Shown here in pieces: positions 14,182-29,493 of a stretch of DNA of 64,000 nucleotides. The notes under the pieces were generated by a model. It ran no database searches and was not told where the DNA came from. It saw nothing but the letters and a program-made list of their open reading frames with translations. Both the position numbers and the translations under genes were made by a program. How positions within the stretch are numbered: the first letter of the stretch is position 1; each line of letters opens with the position of its first letter. Source of the stretch: Piromyces finnis finn (Eukaryota > Fungi > Neocallimastigomycota). Location of the stretch: positions 620,001 through 684,000 of the forward strand of contig MCFH01000023.1 in the NCBI GenBank assembly GCA_002104945.1, read 5' to 3'.

Positions 14182-17100
14182 ATGCAAAGGTAATATATGT
14201 TTTATAATATAAATATTTCATATTTTAATAAAATATAAAATAATTAATATTTTTTATGTAGTTCAAATGATATTTTGAGTATCTATTCTAATAAATCAAA
14301 TAGTAAGTAAAGGATAACTTTTATAAAATATTAATAAAAATTATAATATTCTATAAAAAGCTTACATATTTACAACAAAATATTCTATCCATCCATACTT
14401 ATATATAATAAAAACAGAAAATGATGTTGATGATATAAAAAAATATGAAAATAATTCAAAACATCAAATAGATCAAGATAATATACCATCTTCCAGTTTT
14501 GAGGATAAATTATTAGGTGGGAGTTCAAGTGTAAGTGAAGTTAGTATGAGCGATGATTTAATTTCAGAATTATCATCAGATGAAGACGATATTATTAAAA
14601 AGAAAAAAAAAGAATCGTTGAAATTGGAAAATAAAGAAAAGAATATAAAACTCAAAAAAAAAAAATACGAGAGTTCATCTAATTCATCAAACTTTTCGGA
14701 CGATTCAGATGAAGAAATCATTTCCAAAAATAAATCAAATAAAAAAAACAAAATTAAAGAAATAAGCGGATATTCTGAATTACCAAAGAAGAAAAAATAT
14801 ATAGGTAATTAAATCATTTATTATTAATTAACAATCCATGTTATACTTAATTAACCTCAAAAATAATTATTATAACAAAATAATATTAATAATATTAAAA
14901 TAATGTATATATAGATTTACATGAAAAAAAGATGAAAAAGAATATTTATACAGATGATTCAGATAATACCACTGTAAATGGATTTGAAATACCAAAACGT
15001 AGAGGACGCCCAAGAAAGAAAAAAATTGATAATGATAAAACTAATAATAAATATCATCAAACCTATTCATCATATACATCCGATGATGATGATATGTCAT
15101 CAATTCAATTAACCAATAGTAGTCATAAAAAGCAAAATAAAAATATATCAGGAATTCATCAGTTAGCTACAGTAAATCGTTATAATAAAAAACAAAATCA
15201 AGAAAAGAAACTCTTTCTAGGAGATGATAAAAAACGAAAATATATATTACTTTCTCAAATCAATATTCCTGATAGAAGTGGACAAACACCAATATTTAAA
15301 CATGCAATTAAAGGAAATATTAAAGCATGTAAAGCCTTAATTAATGCAGGTGCTGATTTAAATATTAAAGATTATGCTGGGTATACACCACTTCACGATG
15401 CATGTTTACATGGTAGATATGAAATTGTTAAATTGATGATTAGGTTTGGTGCTGATATAAATGCATGTGCTGAAAATTTAGATACACCATTACATGATGC
15501 CGCGGAAAATTGTCATATTGATGTTGTAGAATATTTATTAGCCAATGGTGCAATTCTAAATGCAAAAAATAATAAAGATTTAACACCAATTGAAGCAGTA
15601 AGTAATATAAGTGATAAAAAAGATGTTAGAGATGTTTTACTTAAATGGGAAAAAATGTTAAAAAAAATTGAAGAGGTAGATGATACAGGGCAAACAGTAC
15701 TTCATCATTCAGCAGCAAACGGTAATCTAGAACAATTACAAGAATATTTAAAATATGGTGCAAATGTTAATACAAAAGATTATGCTGGATGGACACCAAT
15801 ACATGAAGCATGTTTATCTGGGCATTATAAATGTGCAGAAGAATTACTTCTTCATGGTGCAGATTTTAATATTCCAGGACCTGATGGAGATTACCCATTA
15901 CATGAAGCAAGTTGTAATGGTCATGAAAAGGTAAGAAAATATATCATTAATATAATCAAAAAAATATAAAATTATTTATAAAATAAATTAATAAAGTAAC
16001 AGCGGAATAAAAATGAATAAAAATTAATAAAACTTGTTACTAATGTTATTAAATAAATAAAAAAAATAATAAAATAATAATACATAGAAAATATTAATAT
16101 ATATTTATATATTAATATTATTGTTATTATAATTATAATTAAAAAAAATACGTAGTTATTATAACCAAATAACATAAAAATATATTATTTTCATCATTAT
16201 TAAAAACTAGATTATAGAATTATTACTGTCTTTTGGTGCAAATCCTGATCAGATTAATGAAAAAACGCAAAAAACACCAAAAACATTAGCAAGAAATTCA
16301 GAATGTTTAAAAATATTAAATGAAGATTCTTCAAAATTTAAACCATTTAGAAAAGCAAAATATGCAATAACATATATAGCACCATTTGATAATTCAGGAC
16401 ATATTGATTATAATCATTCAGCAAGTCAAAGACCTAAACCTGATCACAATGTTATGTACTCAGCTTCAAGTGATACATCGCATACAATAACTACCTATCA
16501 GCGGGGAAGTAGAACTTGGACAAATGTTAGTGGAGGAAATAGAATTCCAGAATCAACAAATAGTGTCAGTATCGATGGAGGAAATCACTTCTCAAGTTCA
16601 AGAGAAGAACGAAAATTCCAAGCCATTATGCATCAATTTAATGAAATTGATAAAAAAGAAAAGAAAAGAAAACACATTAGTGAACATCGTGAAGCAGGTA
16701 GAGTTAAAAAAAAATCAAAGACATTATCTAATGAAAATAAAGAAAAAGTAGAAAAAATAGAGAAAGTAATGAATAAAGAAGAAAACCAAGTAGAAAAAGT
16801 ATATAAGAGTAATTTAAAGCATAAAGAACTTGACTCTGATAAAGAAGAAAGTACTAAAATAATAAAGAAAAAGAAAGAAAAATTAAAACATGATGATAAC
16901 TCGATTATAAAAAAAGAAATTGATAAGATAAAATTAAATGATCCATCAAAAACAAAAGATAAAGAAAAATTGAAACAAGAAAAGCATAAAATATTAAAAA
17001 ATAAGCACATACCAAGTAATCAAGATAAATTATCATCAACAGATGAAAAAGGAAAGAAAAGTTCAATTAAAGAAAAAATAAAAGATAATAAAAATAACAA

Positions 17101-20027
17101 TAAAAATAAAAATGATAATAGTAAAAACAATAAAAATGAAAGTAACAGTATAAAAAATCATCATTCAATAGGCAATTATAACAATAAGATAGACGAAGAA
17201 AGAAATACTGATGTTAATGAAACAACAAATCCAACCTATTCTGAAGAACCAATTGTAGATAATGATGATGTTTTACTTTCTAGTGACTTAGGTTTAATGT
17301 ATACGCGTCAAAGATCTACTCGTAGAAATATTAATTATGATTTAACAAGTGAAACATCAACACCCCAACTAAGCCCTACAGCACAGCATAGTATAGGTGA
17401 TTATGATATGAGTTGGGCAGAAGATATGAGTTTCTTAAAATCTATTAAAGAAGATGAGACAGATGGAGATTGGTTGGATTCTTCAAAACGAAGTGGTGCT
17501 ACTAGTAGTCGAAGGAAGAAACGTCCAATAAAGACAAATGATATAGATGAAAAAACAAAATTACATGGTAAAAATAAATACCTTATTATAATACAATTTT
17601 TATATTTATATCATTTAATTAACATTCTTTTTTTACCACCTATAAAATTTTAAATATATATATAATTATTTAAAATAATATTACAAAGAAAATCCAGGAA
17701 TTAAAAAAATAAAAAGTGATAAATCTTCTTCAAAGGGTGAAAATCAAGTGAAACGAAGAAGATTAATATCAGGAAGTGAAGCATCATCACAACATAGGCA
17801 TCAAATAAAGAATGAAAATGAAGATCAAGAATCATTATCATCTACAAATTCTTCTTCAAAAATACATAAATTATTAATAAAGAAGGATAAAGAAAAAATA
17901 AAAGAAAAAATAAAAGAAAGAGAAAGAGAAATTGAAAGAGAAAGAGAAAAGAAAAAAGAAGATGAAAATGAAAAGGATAAAGAAATAAATACAGAAATCG
18001 AAAAGGAAAAGGGCATAGAAAAAGAAACAAATAGTATTAAGTCTAATATAACTAAAAAGAAAACTAAAAAGTGGAACTTTTTAGGTATTAGTGGATATCA
18101 AAGAGTTAATAATGACGATGATGATGATGATAATAGCAATGAAAATAATGAAAATGAATCAAAGGATAATATTAAAATTGAAAAAGAAACTATTTCTGAA
18201 GCAACAAATGATAATACTGTAAAAATTAAAAATGAAGAATCTAATTTAATTAAAAGTGATTCAATAAAAAAAGAAGATGATACGAAACAAATTAAAATAG
18301 ATAATCCACTCGTAGATATTAAAATAGAACCAGTTAATGATAACAACAAGAATGTCGAAATTAAGGCAACTATTATACCCATAAATGATGAAGTAACTAA
18401 ATCTAAATATAAAACCTATTTACCTGAAGATAATTATATAAACTCAATAAAACCTGAAATAGAGGAACCTCCACAGAAGAAAACAAGAGCTCAAATTAAA
18501 CAAGAAAACAAAGAAAAGAGAATATCAGAATTAAAAAAGCAATCACAATCTCAATTAAAATCTGCTTCTTTTGATGAAAATACAGAAAGTAAAATAAATT
18601 TAAATAAAAAAATAGTTAAAAATGAATCTTCTCCGTATAACTACAATAATAGTAAGAATTTGGATCTAGATGAAATGTTAAGAACACCTTCACCAAAAAT
18701 CGAAAAGAATAAAAGCCCACCTTCATCATATAATAATTCGCCTTCATCAATTTCAACTCCTTCAGTGATACCATTCCTAGATATTGAAAATATGACTTCG
18801 AAACTTAGAGCAGAAAATATGATAGAAAGAAAATTTATAAAATCTATTATTACTAATTATAGGAAATGCCGTTGTTTACCACTTTATTCTTTCAAACTAC
18901 CAGCACGAGAGAATATATCTAATATATTACTAGCATCTCAAGATCAAAGAATCAGCCCAAAAGAAGAAGATGAAAAGAACAATGATATTCGATATGTAAC
19001 AGATATCCAGATTGGTTTGTTTTTAGGTTATAAATCAGGTAGAGAATTATTAGACAAATTCCCAACTCTTAAAAGACGCGTGGCTACTTTGGCTGAAAAA
19101 GAAAGATTAGAAAATAGTCCAATATCTGAATTAATTGTTGATTGTTTATTAAGTGCAAATGAATCTAATAAATGGAACAAATTTGAAAAACAACTAAAAC
19201 TAACTGATTTAGATATTCAATTCCTAAAATTAGATGAAGTCATGAGTAAAGTAATTAAGCATAAGCACTTTGATCAAATTCTTCAAGATGAAATAGATGA
19301 GATTACTCAAAAAATATCTAAAGCTGCAGGCGAACGTTTTAAATCTCTACAAAATAAATATTTAGAATCTTGTATAACCTCAAACCAATCGCATTCCTTA
19401 AATAGTTCTAATAAAATGATGTTCTTAACAATCAATGTTAATCTTTTAAGTTTTCCTAGTGATATGTCATCTACAAATAAAATAAATATTCAAAAGTATA
19501 TCAATCACTCACCATCTTCCAACAACAGTGTGAGTAACAGTGAATCAACTAACACTCCAAGTAGCGTTAAATTTAATAAAAATGATACCCCCTATCGTAA
19601 CGGTTTTAAAAAAAGTTTTATTAAATATCAACAACAACTTTCCTCCCTTTCTATAAATAATAATGAAACATCAAATGATTTTAAGCCCCATCAAAGTTCC
19701 TACCATAGATCAAATAACAAAACCATTCATCATCCACCTATTCAAATAAATAAGAATAATATATCTAATTTCTCTTCAAATCCAGCCACAACGAATACCT
19801 CACCAGAACAATCGCCATCAAACGCATCCTCTTACACCAAAGATTATAATAACATTTCTCATTTACAACAACAACAACAACCAAACCACACTACCACAAC
19901 AAACATGAAATCTTCTAATGAAGAAAATACATCCTCTGTTAATAACTTTACTCATAAATTAGAAAAGATTCATAAAGCATTACCCCTCAAAGCTAAATTC
20001 AAATTAGCTTCAAAAGAAAATATATGA
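14182..20027 (+). CDS. Large nuclear ankyrin-repeat protein (Hos4/BCOR/ANKRD-like) with AT-hook, 1715 aa; 6 exons (14182-14189, 14262-14302, 14418-14804, 14915-15930, 16211-17567, 17689-20027)
   Basis: All five GT-AG junctions preserve frame (5148 nt in total). Two ankyrin blocks (YAGYTPLHDAC, YAGWTPIHEAC), AT-hook PKRRGRPRK, long Lys/Glu-rich disordered regions. Confidence 0.8.
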
Positions 20028-20152
20028 TAATATATACTCATATTCATATCAGATTATTTATATTAAATAACAAACATTTTAAATAATTATCATAATATCC
20101 TCTAGCTTTTTTTTTTTTATTTTTTTCTTTTTATTATTTCTTTATTATCATC

Positions 20153-20184
<32 letters not shown>

Positions 20185-21518
20185 TTATTTATAACACCCT
20201 ACAAAAAAAAAAAAAAAAAGAAAAAATATTAATAGAGATTAACAAGAGGGATGGTTAATTTAATATATTGTTGTTATTATTATTATTATTATTATTAATC
20301 CTGTAGTTTTTAAAAGTAATTATTTGTTTTATTTTTATTTATTTTTTTTTTTCTAATAAATTTTATTTTATTATTAATATTATTTTCATTCTTTAATGTT
20401 ATATATAAAACATATCATCATCAATATTTCTTATCATAAAATGAATAAAAAAAATTAAAAAAAAAAAAAAATCATATTTTTTATTTAAAATCATAATAAT
20501 GAGTATTAATATATAAAATATATGTAATAAAATAGTAAATAGTAATATGTATATCCTATATGGGATATAAATGTTTTTCATAATTCTTAAAAAAAAAAGA
20601 CATTTTTAATGAAGGTATTTTTTATATTTTTTTTTTTTTTATTTTTTTTTTTTTTTTTAACTTTTCAATTGTTTACAAATAATAAATATACCACTTTCAA
20701 ATAAATACTAAAAAAAATAAAAACTAAAATATAACCTATACTTTATACTATTTTTTTTTTTTTTTTAACAAATTTAAATATAAATAATCATAGAATAATT
20801 AATTAATAGAAGATTTTTTTTTTTTTTTTCTAAAAAAAAGAAATTATTTAACATAAATAATAATAAACTAATTTATAGTAAATGATAAACGTTTAAAGCT
20901 ATAATTGTTTTTTTTTTTTTTTTTTTAAAGAACTTTGATTTTGTTTCTTTTAATTTTTGTTTTTATATTTTTTTCTTTTTTTTTTGGTTGTTATTGTTGT
21001 TACTATTATTATTCTTTTTTTTTTTTTTTTTTTTTCTAATTTTATTATCATCATTATTATTATTATCTATTGTTTTTTATTTTTTTATTTTTGCTTTTCG
21101 TTTTTTTTTTTTTTTTTTTTTTTTTTTATATTTTTCTTTTATATAAACGAAAAGTAAAAAACATATATATATATAAAAAAAAACATATAATATAAAATAA
21201 ATAAATAAAATTAAAATAGTTTCGGATTATATTAAAACATAGAAAATAATAGATTTAATGAATAGATTTAACTGATATAATGATTATTGCCATTAAATGT
21301 TATATAATGCTAGCAATTGATTGTTCTTTGGTATTAATTTTCTTAATAAAGATTATCTATTTGCTTTAATGAAAATTGGATTAATTGAATTATCATTGAA
21401 ATATCAATTGATAATATTATATTATATATGTATTCATTATTTGATTAATGATTAATTTTGATTTTATATTTATTCATATTTATCTAATTTTTTTTATTTT
21501 ATTATTTTATTATTCCGT

Positions 21519-23161
21519 TTAATCAAACTTTTTTAAAGTATTCATTGATAATTCTAAATAATATTATATGTATTTATATATAAATTAATTGTTAGTTAAT
21601 ATTTATAATTATTGTTTTAATAATATAATTATTTAATTATTAGTAGCATTAAATGTACCATATATAACAAAAGTAACAGCATTCTAAAATTTTTATTATA
21701 TTGAAAAAATAATATATTATTATTAAATATATTAAATCATTAAAATACTAAATAAGAAATAAAATACTTACAGCTGGGAATGCTCTAATAATAGTTGGAC
21801 AGAAACCTCTAAAGAATCCCTTCATACCATATAATCTATATATTTCTTTAGCAGCATTTCTAGCAGTCATTCTATTTTATCAAGAAGATTAAATAATATG
21901 TGTTAAAACTAATCAAAAATAAAATATTTGTAAAGTATTAAATTAATGATTCTTACCCAGTAGTTTGTGCTCTAAAATAAATATAATTTTATTTAGAAAA
22001 ACAAAATTAATTAGCAATGATTAGGAATTAAAATAATATTATATTTAGCAAAAGCAATAAGTAAATTTACCTTGATTTAATTACATCTTGAGGAATACAT
22101 GGAATCCAACAAGCAACACCAGCAAGACCACCAGCCATTAATAATTCAAATTGATTAAAACCATTAAAATTATCTTTTCTAAGATGCTTAAATCCTGCCT
22201 TTACCAATTCATATGTACCAAAGTAAGCTGAGAAACTTGGAATATCACGAAGAAGAGTAATACCGTAACCATGATATAAACTTTTAATTCCACCAGACTT
22301 TAAAGTTTTAATGGTACAATCAATAAGACCGTTATACTAATCAAATATAAAATAATATTATAAAAAAGGATTTTAATGTAATTAATTACTGATTAATTAT
22401 ATATTTCGTCATAATGGTATTAATTGTTTTAGTTTAGATAATTTAATTACCTTTGCTGGATGTATTTGAAGTCTAATTTTCATATGTTCCATTGGTGTAC
22501 TAACAAAAGGCATAACACTACCACTTAAAAAGCCAGAAGTAATATGTTGTTCTAGCAAAATTTAAATTGAATTGACAATTAATATAGATATAGCAGGTTA
22601 AAATGATAATAATAATAATAAATATTTACTTATTGACATCTCATCATCTGGAACACCATTAGCAATGATGCGCTTAAAATAACCATTAGCAACAAACATT
22701 AATGAATTACTTTAAATCATAGAAATAATTAATTTCAAATAGTTTATATTATACATTTATAATAGTTATATATTTATTTAAAATAATGATAATAATAACG
22801 AAATTAATTGTAAAAATTAATATATATTATCAACAAAATAAATTATTAATTAAATATTTTATTTTTTTATTTTTATTGTTTTAATTAAATAGAAAAACTT
22901 ACGCAAAACCAATTCCAACTAAAGGTGATTTTACACCTTTATAGAAACCATTAAACTTTTAATGTTCAAAAATATATATATTTATATTTAATCAATAAAA
23001 TTGATATTAAAAATGATGTTAATGACATTTTAATATATATAATATACTTACACCTTCATTTTTTGCAATTGATTTAACACAATGCATTGCACCTTTATAA
23101 TGTGATTGGGTTTGTAAATTAACCTTTATATGAATTATAGAAATAATAATTATTATATATT

Positions 23162-23195
<34 letters not shown>

Positions 23196-23642
23196 TCTGT
23201 AATACTTTATTAATAATTAATTATTATTGCATTTGCAGTTGATTATCTTAGTTTCATACTCTATTATAAAGTTTAGTAATTTAATTCAAAAAAAGAAAAT
23301 AAAATATAAAAATAAATTAGCAATTTGAAATCTTATAATTATATTTACTACAGTTTTTAAATTAATATTTTAAAAAATAAAATAAAAATATAACTTACTT
23401 GACTGTATCAAAAGGATGACCAACTAAAACTTGTGCCCAACCTTTTATTTTGAAAAAAAAAAAAAAAAAAAAAAAAAGATAATAAAAAAAAAATTGTTAA
23501 TATTCCATTATAAATAATAATAATGTTTTAAAACTGTTTTATTATAAACATGTCAATTGTAAGATATATTATATAATAAATATAATAAATATATACCACT
23601 AAGTAATCCTGAAATAAAATCGTTAGTTGAATCGCTTGGCAT
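21519..23642 (-). CDS. Mitochondrial carrier family (SLC25) transporter, carnitine/acylcarnitine or basic-amino-acid carrier-like; multi-exon, including a 15-nt micro-exon at 21957-21971
   Basis: Spliced product MPSDSTNDFISGLLSGWAQVLVGHPFDTVKV...TPMEHMKIRLQ...IPQDVIKSRAQ...GFFRGFCPTIIRAFPANAVTFVIYELSMNTLKKFD* carries three Px[D/E]xx[K/R] signatures. Not detected by the ORF track because the exons are short. Confidence 0.88.
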
Positions 23643-23831
23643 TTTAAATATATATCTTTAATATTACAGAAAAAAAAAAAAAGAAATGAAAGAAAAGAAA
23701 ACCCCAACTTAAATTTTCAAAATATATTACTACTAAAAATAAATATTTCAATAATAATTGAATCTTTTACTATATAAACTTCAATTCTAAATACTCTATA
23801 AATATTAATTTCTCTATTTTTTTTTTCTTCC

Positions 23832-23862
<31 letters not shown>

Positions 23863-26138
23863 TTAAAAATATAATAATCACCCCATTAATTATATTTTTT
23901 TAATATTAATATATAATACAAATATATTCTATTTAATTTAATAATATATTTATTGTTAAAATTAGTTAAATGTTTATAATAAGCTTTTTATTTTAATTAT
24001 TATAAAATTATATATTATAAAAATTAAAAATTGATCAAGATTGAAATTATTCTTAAAACTTTATTGTGCCACAAAATAAACAATTTATTTGGTGCTATAT
24101 GAATAATTTTATTAATATTATAGTTAATACGCCATATTAATAGAAAAATTAAAGGATTGGATAATACAAATCAAATTTGTTCATCTCTCACAAATTATAC
24201 AAAAAAAAAAAAAAGACAAGATGAACAAAATTAATTGTTAAAGGAATAATTTATTATTGAATGTATTTTGGTATATCTTTGAATTCTATGTATGTTTATG
24301 GGAATTATTGTGCAATGGAATAATTTAAATAACAATATCTTAATATATAACTTTTTCATGCTTAAAAATATAGACTATAATAAAATTATATATTCTTATA
24401 TTCTATAAATAATAATTATAATATACTTTTTTAATTATATAAGCAATATTTTTAATTTTTTTATAAAATTTTTGATCTAAAATAATTAATATTATATATA
24501 AATTCTAACCCTAGAGTTTATAATTTTTTTTATAAATAACACTTTATTGGAAAAATAATAAATCAATAGATGCATTAACAAGAATATAATACTATAATAA
24601 TAATACTTTTGAAAATATAAAATTCAATATATATAATTTCGAAATAAAAATAAATATTACATTATTACTATTATTAATAGTAAAAAAATAAGATATTATT
24701 ATAAACTAAAATATATCAAAAGGTTAGATTTATCAATAATTCAGGATTAGATTAAAATTAATAATATTTTTAGAATTTAATAATATTATTATTTATTACA
24801 AAGTTTTATATATATTGGTGTTTTACTTTAATATTGGTTGAAATAACTTAAAAGTTGGGATTTTATAATAATAAGCTAACTTATTATTGTTATTATGAAA
24901 ATAAAAATACTAATGATATACATTCATATAATATCTGTAAAATAATTTTTAATAAAATTTTTTAATTGAAATCTAATAACTTTAACTTTTTACTTACTCA
25001 TTTAATAAACATATTTATATAAAAATGATAATGCTAATGGATAATACTATGAAAGTAATTTTAAAAATATTAATAAAAAAAATGTATAATTGCATTAAAT
25101 GAACAAAGTAAACTTATAAAATAAAAGTTACATTATAATTAGGAATAATTTTTTTAAATAAAAATTTAAATAAAACTTTTCAGTTATTTTTTTTATTCCC
25201 AAGAAATATACATTTTTAGTAGTAAACAAGTATTTTCGTTACTTATTGAATAACATTTGCTAAGATAAAAAATTAAAATTTATTAGAGTAGTACTTAATA
25301 TTTTTTATAGTAATGTATTTTTTAAAATTTAAAATAATAACATTCTAACCTTGGTATTTAATACAGAAATAAAATTAAAATTTTCTTTCTTTTATTGTAA
25401 AAAAATAAATAAAATACGTCTCCATTAATACAATAATCATATTATGTACAATTTAATATAATTACATTATATTACAATGTATACGAAATAAAGTTTTACC
25501 AATAAATTAGAATATTTTAAAAAGTTTATATTATGTTATTTATTTTAATTTTAATTGATGGATAAATTGCAAGAAAAATAAGAAAAATGGTAAAGTTTTT
25601 TAAGATTAAAAAAAAAAAAAAGAAATATTATTTTATTTTTGTAACACCTTTTAATATTTAATTTAAATTTGTTTATATTAATTTTTATATATATGTAAAA
25701 AAAAGTAAACTAAATATTATTAATAATTAACAGTACAATTTAAGATTTATATTAACATTAATATAAGATAGAAAACAATGTTACCTTTCTTGATGCTTAT
25801 TCTTTACCTTGATACTTTATACTTAATCAAAAACTATAAAAATTTATAATATATATTTTTATACTTTAAATTAACATTATTATATTATTACTTAGTAGAT
25901 AATAGTTGTATTATATTTAATTGAAAGTATTATATTTTTAATATTTATAAAATTATATATATACAAAATATAATTTTTTAGGATTAAATATAAAATATTA
26001 AGAATAAACATAATAAATCTAATGATTATAGTATTTTTAAATTATACAATTTAAATCAAAGTAAAACTTTATATAAAAAAAATTTGAGAATATGTAATGA
26101 TAATTAACAATAAGCAAATAGTATATCTTATTTTTAAA

Positions 26139-26172
26139 TTTTTTTAACGGCATCAAATATTTTTAAACTTTT
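26139..26172 (-). mobile_element. Extreme 3'-end remnant of LINE family A with short poly(A)
   Basis: TTTTTTTAACGGCATCAAATATTTTTAAACTT matches the family A terminus (...AAATATTTGATGCCGTT(A)n). Possible low-complexity TSD TTATTTTTAAA at 26128-26138 and 26173-26183. Confidence 0.6.
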
Positions 26173-29100
26173 TTATTTTTAAAGTAACAAAATAACAAAA
26201 TAATATTGATTATTATATAAACTTTTTTTTTGAAACTACTATAATGACTCTATTTAAAGGAAATAATTCAATTTAAGTAATGTTATTAATGAAAAATGAA
26301 TTTATGATATATTCTTATTTTATAATATTACTTTTATTTGAAACATAACTTTTTTCCTAAAATCTTTCTTGCTTTTTATTTAATATAAAGTAGATTATTT
26401 CAAAGTTTATTGTTAGCTTTTTTTTTTTTTTTATGACTTCAAATGAATTTAAATCTTTATCATTTAAAAGTTTTTAATACTTTCCATATATAGTAAGTGT
26501 AAATAAAAGTTCAAAAATTTAATAATTAATTAATAATAGAAGAATAAAAAATACAAATATAGTAATAAATAAGAATATTAATTAGAAAGTAATACTATAT
26601 TTAAATAATATAATAATTAATCGATATTTTAATATAAATTAAGTTAAATACTATTTATATGCCATCAATATATTAGATATATTCATTCAATTATTCATCG
26701 TTATAGTAATTTTTTTCATTTTCGAAAAATGCACAGTATATTATATATCATATATTATATTATATACTAATACATGATTCAATATAAATAATAATTTATT
26801 TTTTTCCATTTAAATAATAAAATCAAAGTTTTTAAAGTTAATTCCTAAATTAGGCAATTTTTCAAATTAGCTTTTTTTTTTAGAAATTTATTTTTTATGG
26901 AATTTCTATTTTATATCAATTAAAGTTTTATTAAAAAAATTGAAATTTAATTAATTATAAATGATATGGATGTTACATTTGAAAAATAGAGGAAGAGGAA
27001 TTAAACTGATTTGAATTTGAAAATAATAATAAAAAAAGGTGTAAACTAATTATAGATATTATTAATTATTATGAAACTTTGTGCTAAAAAACATCAAATT
27101 ATATAGTATATCAATAAAAATTAGTATTTTAATATTAATTATGGTTCTAATGTTATTTATTGTGCTTTTATTTTAATAAATAAAAAAAAAGTACATATAT
27201 TAATTTGTTATAAAAATAGTTTAGAATGGTATTTTAAAGAATTTCGAAATATATATATATATTTACTTTTATAAATTACAAAGAATTCGGATTATATATA
27301 TTTTTTTTAAAAAACAAAGTTAGAAGTTATATTAATATAAATGTGTGGATTATTTTTAAATAAGAATTTGAATAATTAATATAAATATATTAACATATCT
27401 AAATATATAAATATTGATTAATGAATTTATTTCATTTTAATTTTATATCAATGTTGGATTTAAAGGTATTATTAATGATCTTTTTTGAATTCAAAAAAAA
27501 AAAAAAAAAAAAAAAAATAATATAAGTCAGTAATTAATTATAAAAAAATGAAAAACTTTTTTTTTGCCTTTTAGTTAATATATATAATTTATAAGGTAAA
27601 ATATTCAAGATTTAAACAAAAAAAGAAAATATTTTTTAAAATGTTCTATTATAACCTCAAACAATTAAGTAACTAAAGGTAATAGAACTTTTTTTTAAAT
27701 ATGTTCATTAAAAGGTAATAATAACAGAATAATAGAATAATAGTTTTCGTTCTTTTGCAAAAAACTTAATTATTTTTATAACTATTAAAGCTTTAAAAAA
27801 GTTTTAAGATATTTCTTCAGAAAAAAAAACAACTTTTTTTTTCAAAGTTATTTTTTTAATTACATATAATTCATTTTGTATAAGAGATGTAATATATTTA
27901 ATGAAAAAAATAAATACTTTACTATTTTTTTAAAAGTTTTATTTAATCATCTTTTTTTTTATTATATATATATAAAAAAAATAGTTTTTCTTTTTATAAA
28001 AAATAGTAAAAGGAGGTTTTCATTGTGTCATCTTAAAGTTAGTGTAATTTTTCTATGCTTAAATCGTTTCTTTTTTGAAAAGTTTTTTAATTAAATAATA
28101 TATGCATTATATATTTTTATTTAAATCACATATATATATATTTTATTTAAATATAATATATTTGAAATATTATTTTTATTCATTATTTATTTGTCATTTT
28201 TTTTTTTTGGAATAATGTATATTTTATATATAGGTATGATATAATATTAGAATATAATAATATATTGTAAAAATAAATATATATTTAACTTTTATAATAT
28301 GTATTAAAACAATTACTATTATATATATTAGTATTAATTATTACAAATTTTAATAAATATATTTTTTAATAATTATATTGGTTATATAATAAAATAATAT
28401 ATTTCTTTATAATCTTACATCATTTTTACAAAGAAAAATAACATATTATAATATATAACAATAAATAATGGTAATAAATAAAATTAATATTTAATATATA
28501 TAATAATAATTTTTGACGTTGTACAAATCTTTTTTAATTACTTTAAAATTATTAAAAAAAATATTTAGCCAAAGAATTGTTATTGGACTAGAATCTTTTT
28601 ATATAGATATTTTAAGCCTAAATCTTTTAAATAATAAATATTAACTTTTTATTTATGATGAACTTCTTTTGTATTTTAAACATTTTAATTATTAGTTTTT
28701 TTTGTTTATTTTAGCAGTAAATTCTATTTAATATAGAGAATAATTAGTAATAAATAACTATAATGACTAGTAAAATTTGTCCATTTAGGAAATGTCATAC
28801 TATTTACAGATTATTTTCTAATTTTCTTCCTTTTTTATAAATATTTATTTTTATAATTATTATTATTTCTTCAAAGCCTTACTAGCATTTTATGAATTTT
28901 TTAATATACTATTCTATATATTAATAAATTAAATAAGAAATGCATATATATATTGAAATATTAATTTTTTTTTTTTTACTATTTTAATATAAAATTAAAT
29001 TATACACTTATTAACATTTCAATTTAATATAAAATTGTATTGATAATAAATTTTTTAATGGAATAATTAAAATGAAATTAATTTATAATAAATAATTAAT

Positions 29101-29493
29101 ATATTGTTAAGTGTATTTATCACATATATCTATATTATTTGTAATAAGTTTTTTTTTTTTTTTAAATTTTTTATTTATTTATTTGACTAATTTATGAATA
29201 AAATTTTTCATTATAAAAGAAAATAAAATTCCTAATATTTTCTATTTTTTCTTCACAAATTTATCATTAATTTTGTTTATATTTACATTATATAAAAGAG
29301 AAAAGAATAAAATTTTATAAAAATTTTATTTTTTCATATTCATTTTTATTTTCGCATTCGCACTTAAAACCAACAATAATTAAATTCGCATAATACATTT
29401 TTTCTTTTATAAAAAGAAAAAAAAAAATACATAATTTAATAATAGAATATAATATAGATTTTTATTTATTTATTTAATTTATTATCGTTAAAC

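Noticed and set aside
23700-29300. Hidden gene or ncRNA in the 5.6-kb intergenic gap
   Set aside because: Near-pure AT sequence. I found no consistent exon chain or structured RNA apart from the 34-bp LINE remnant.
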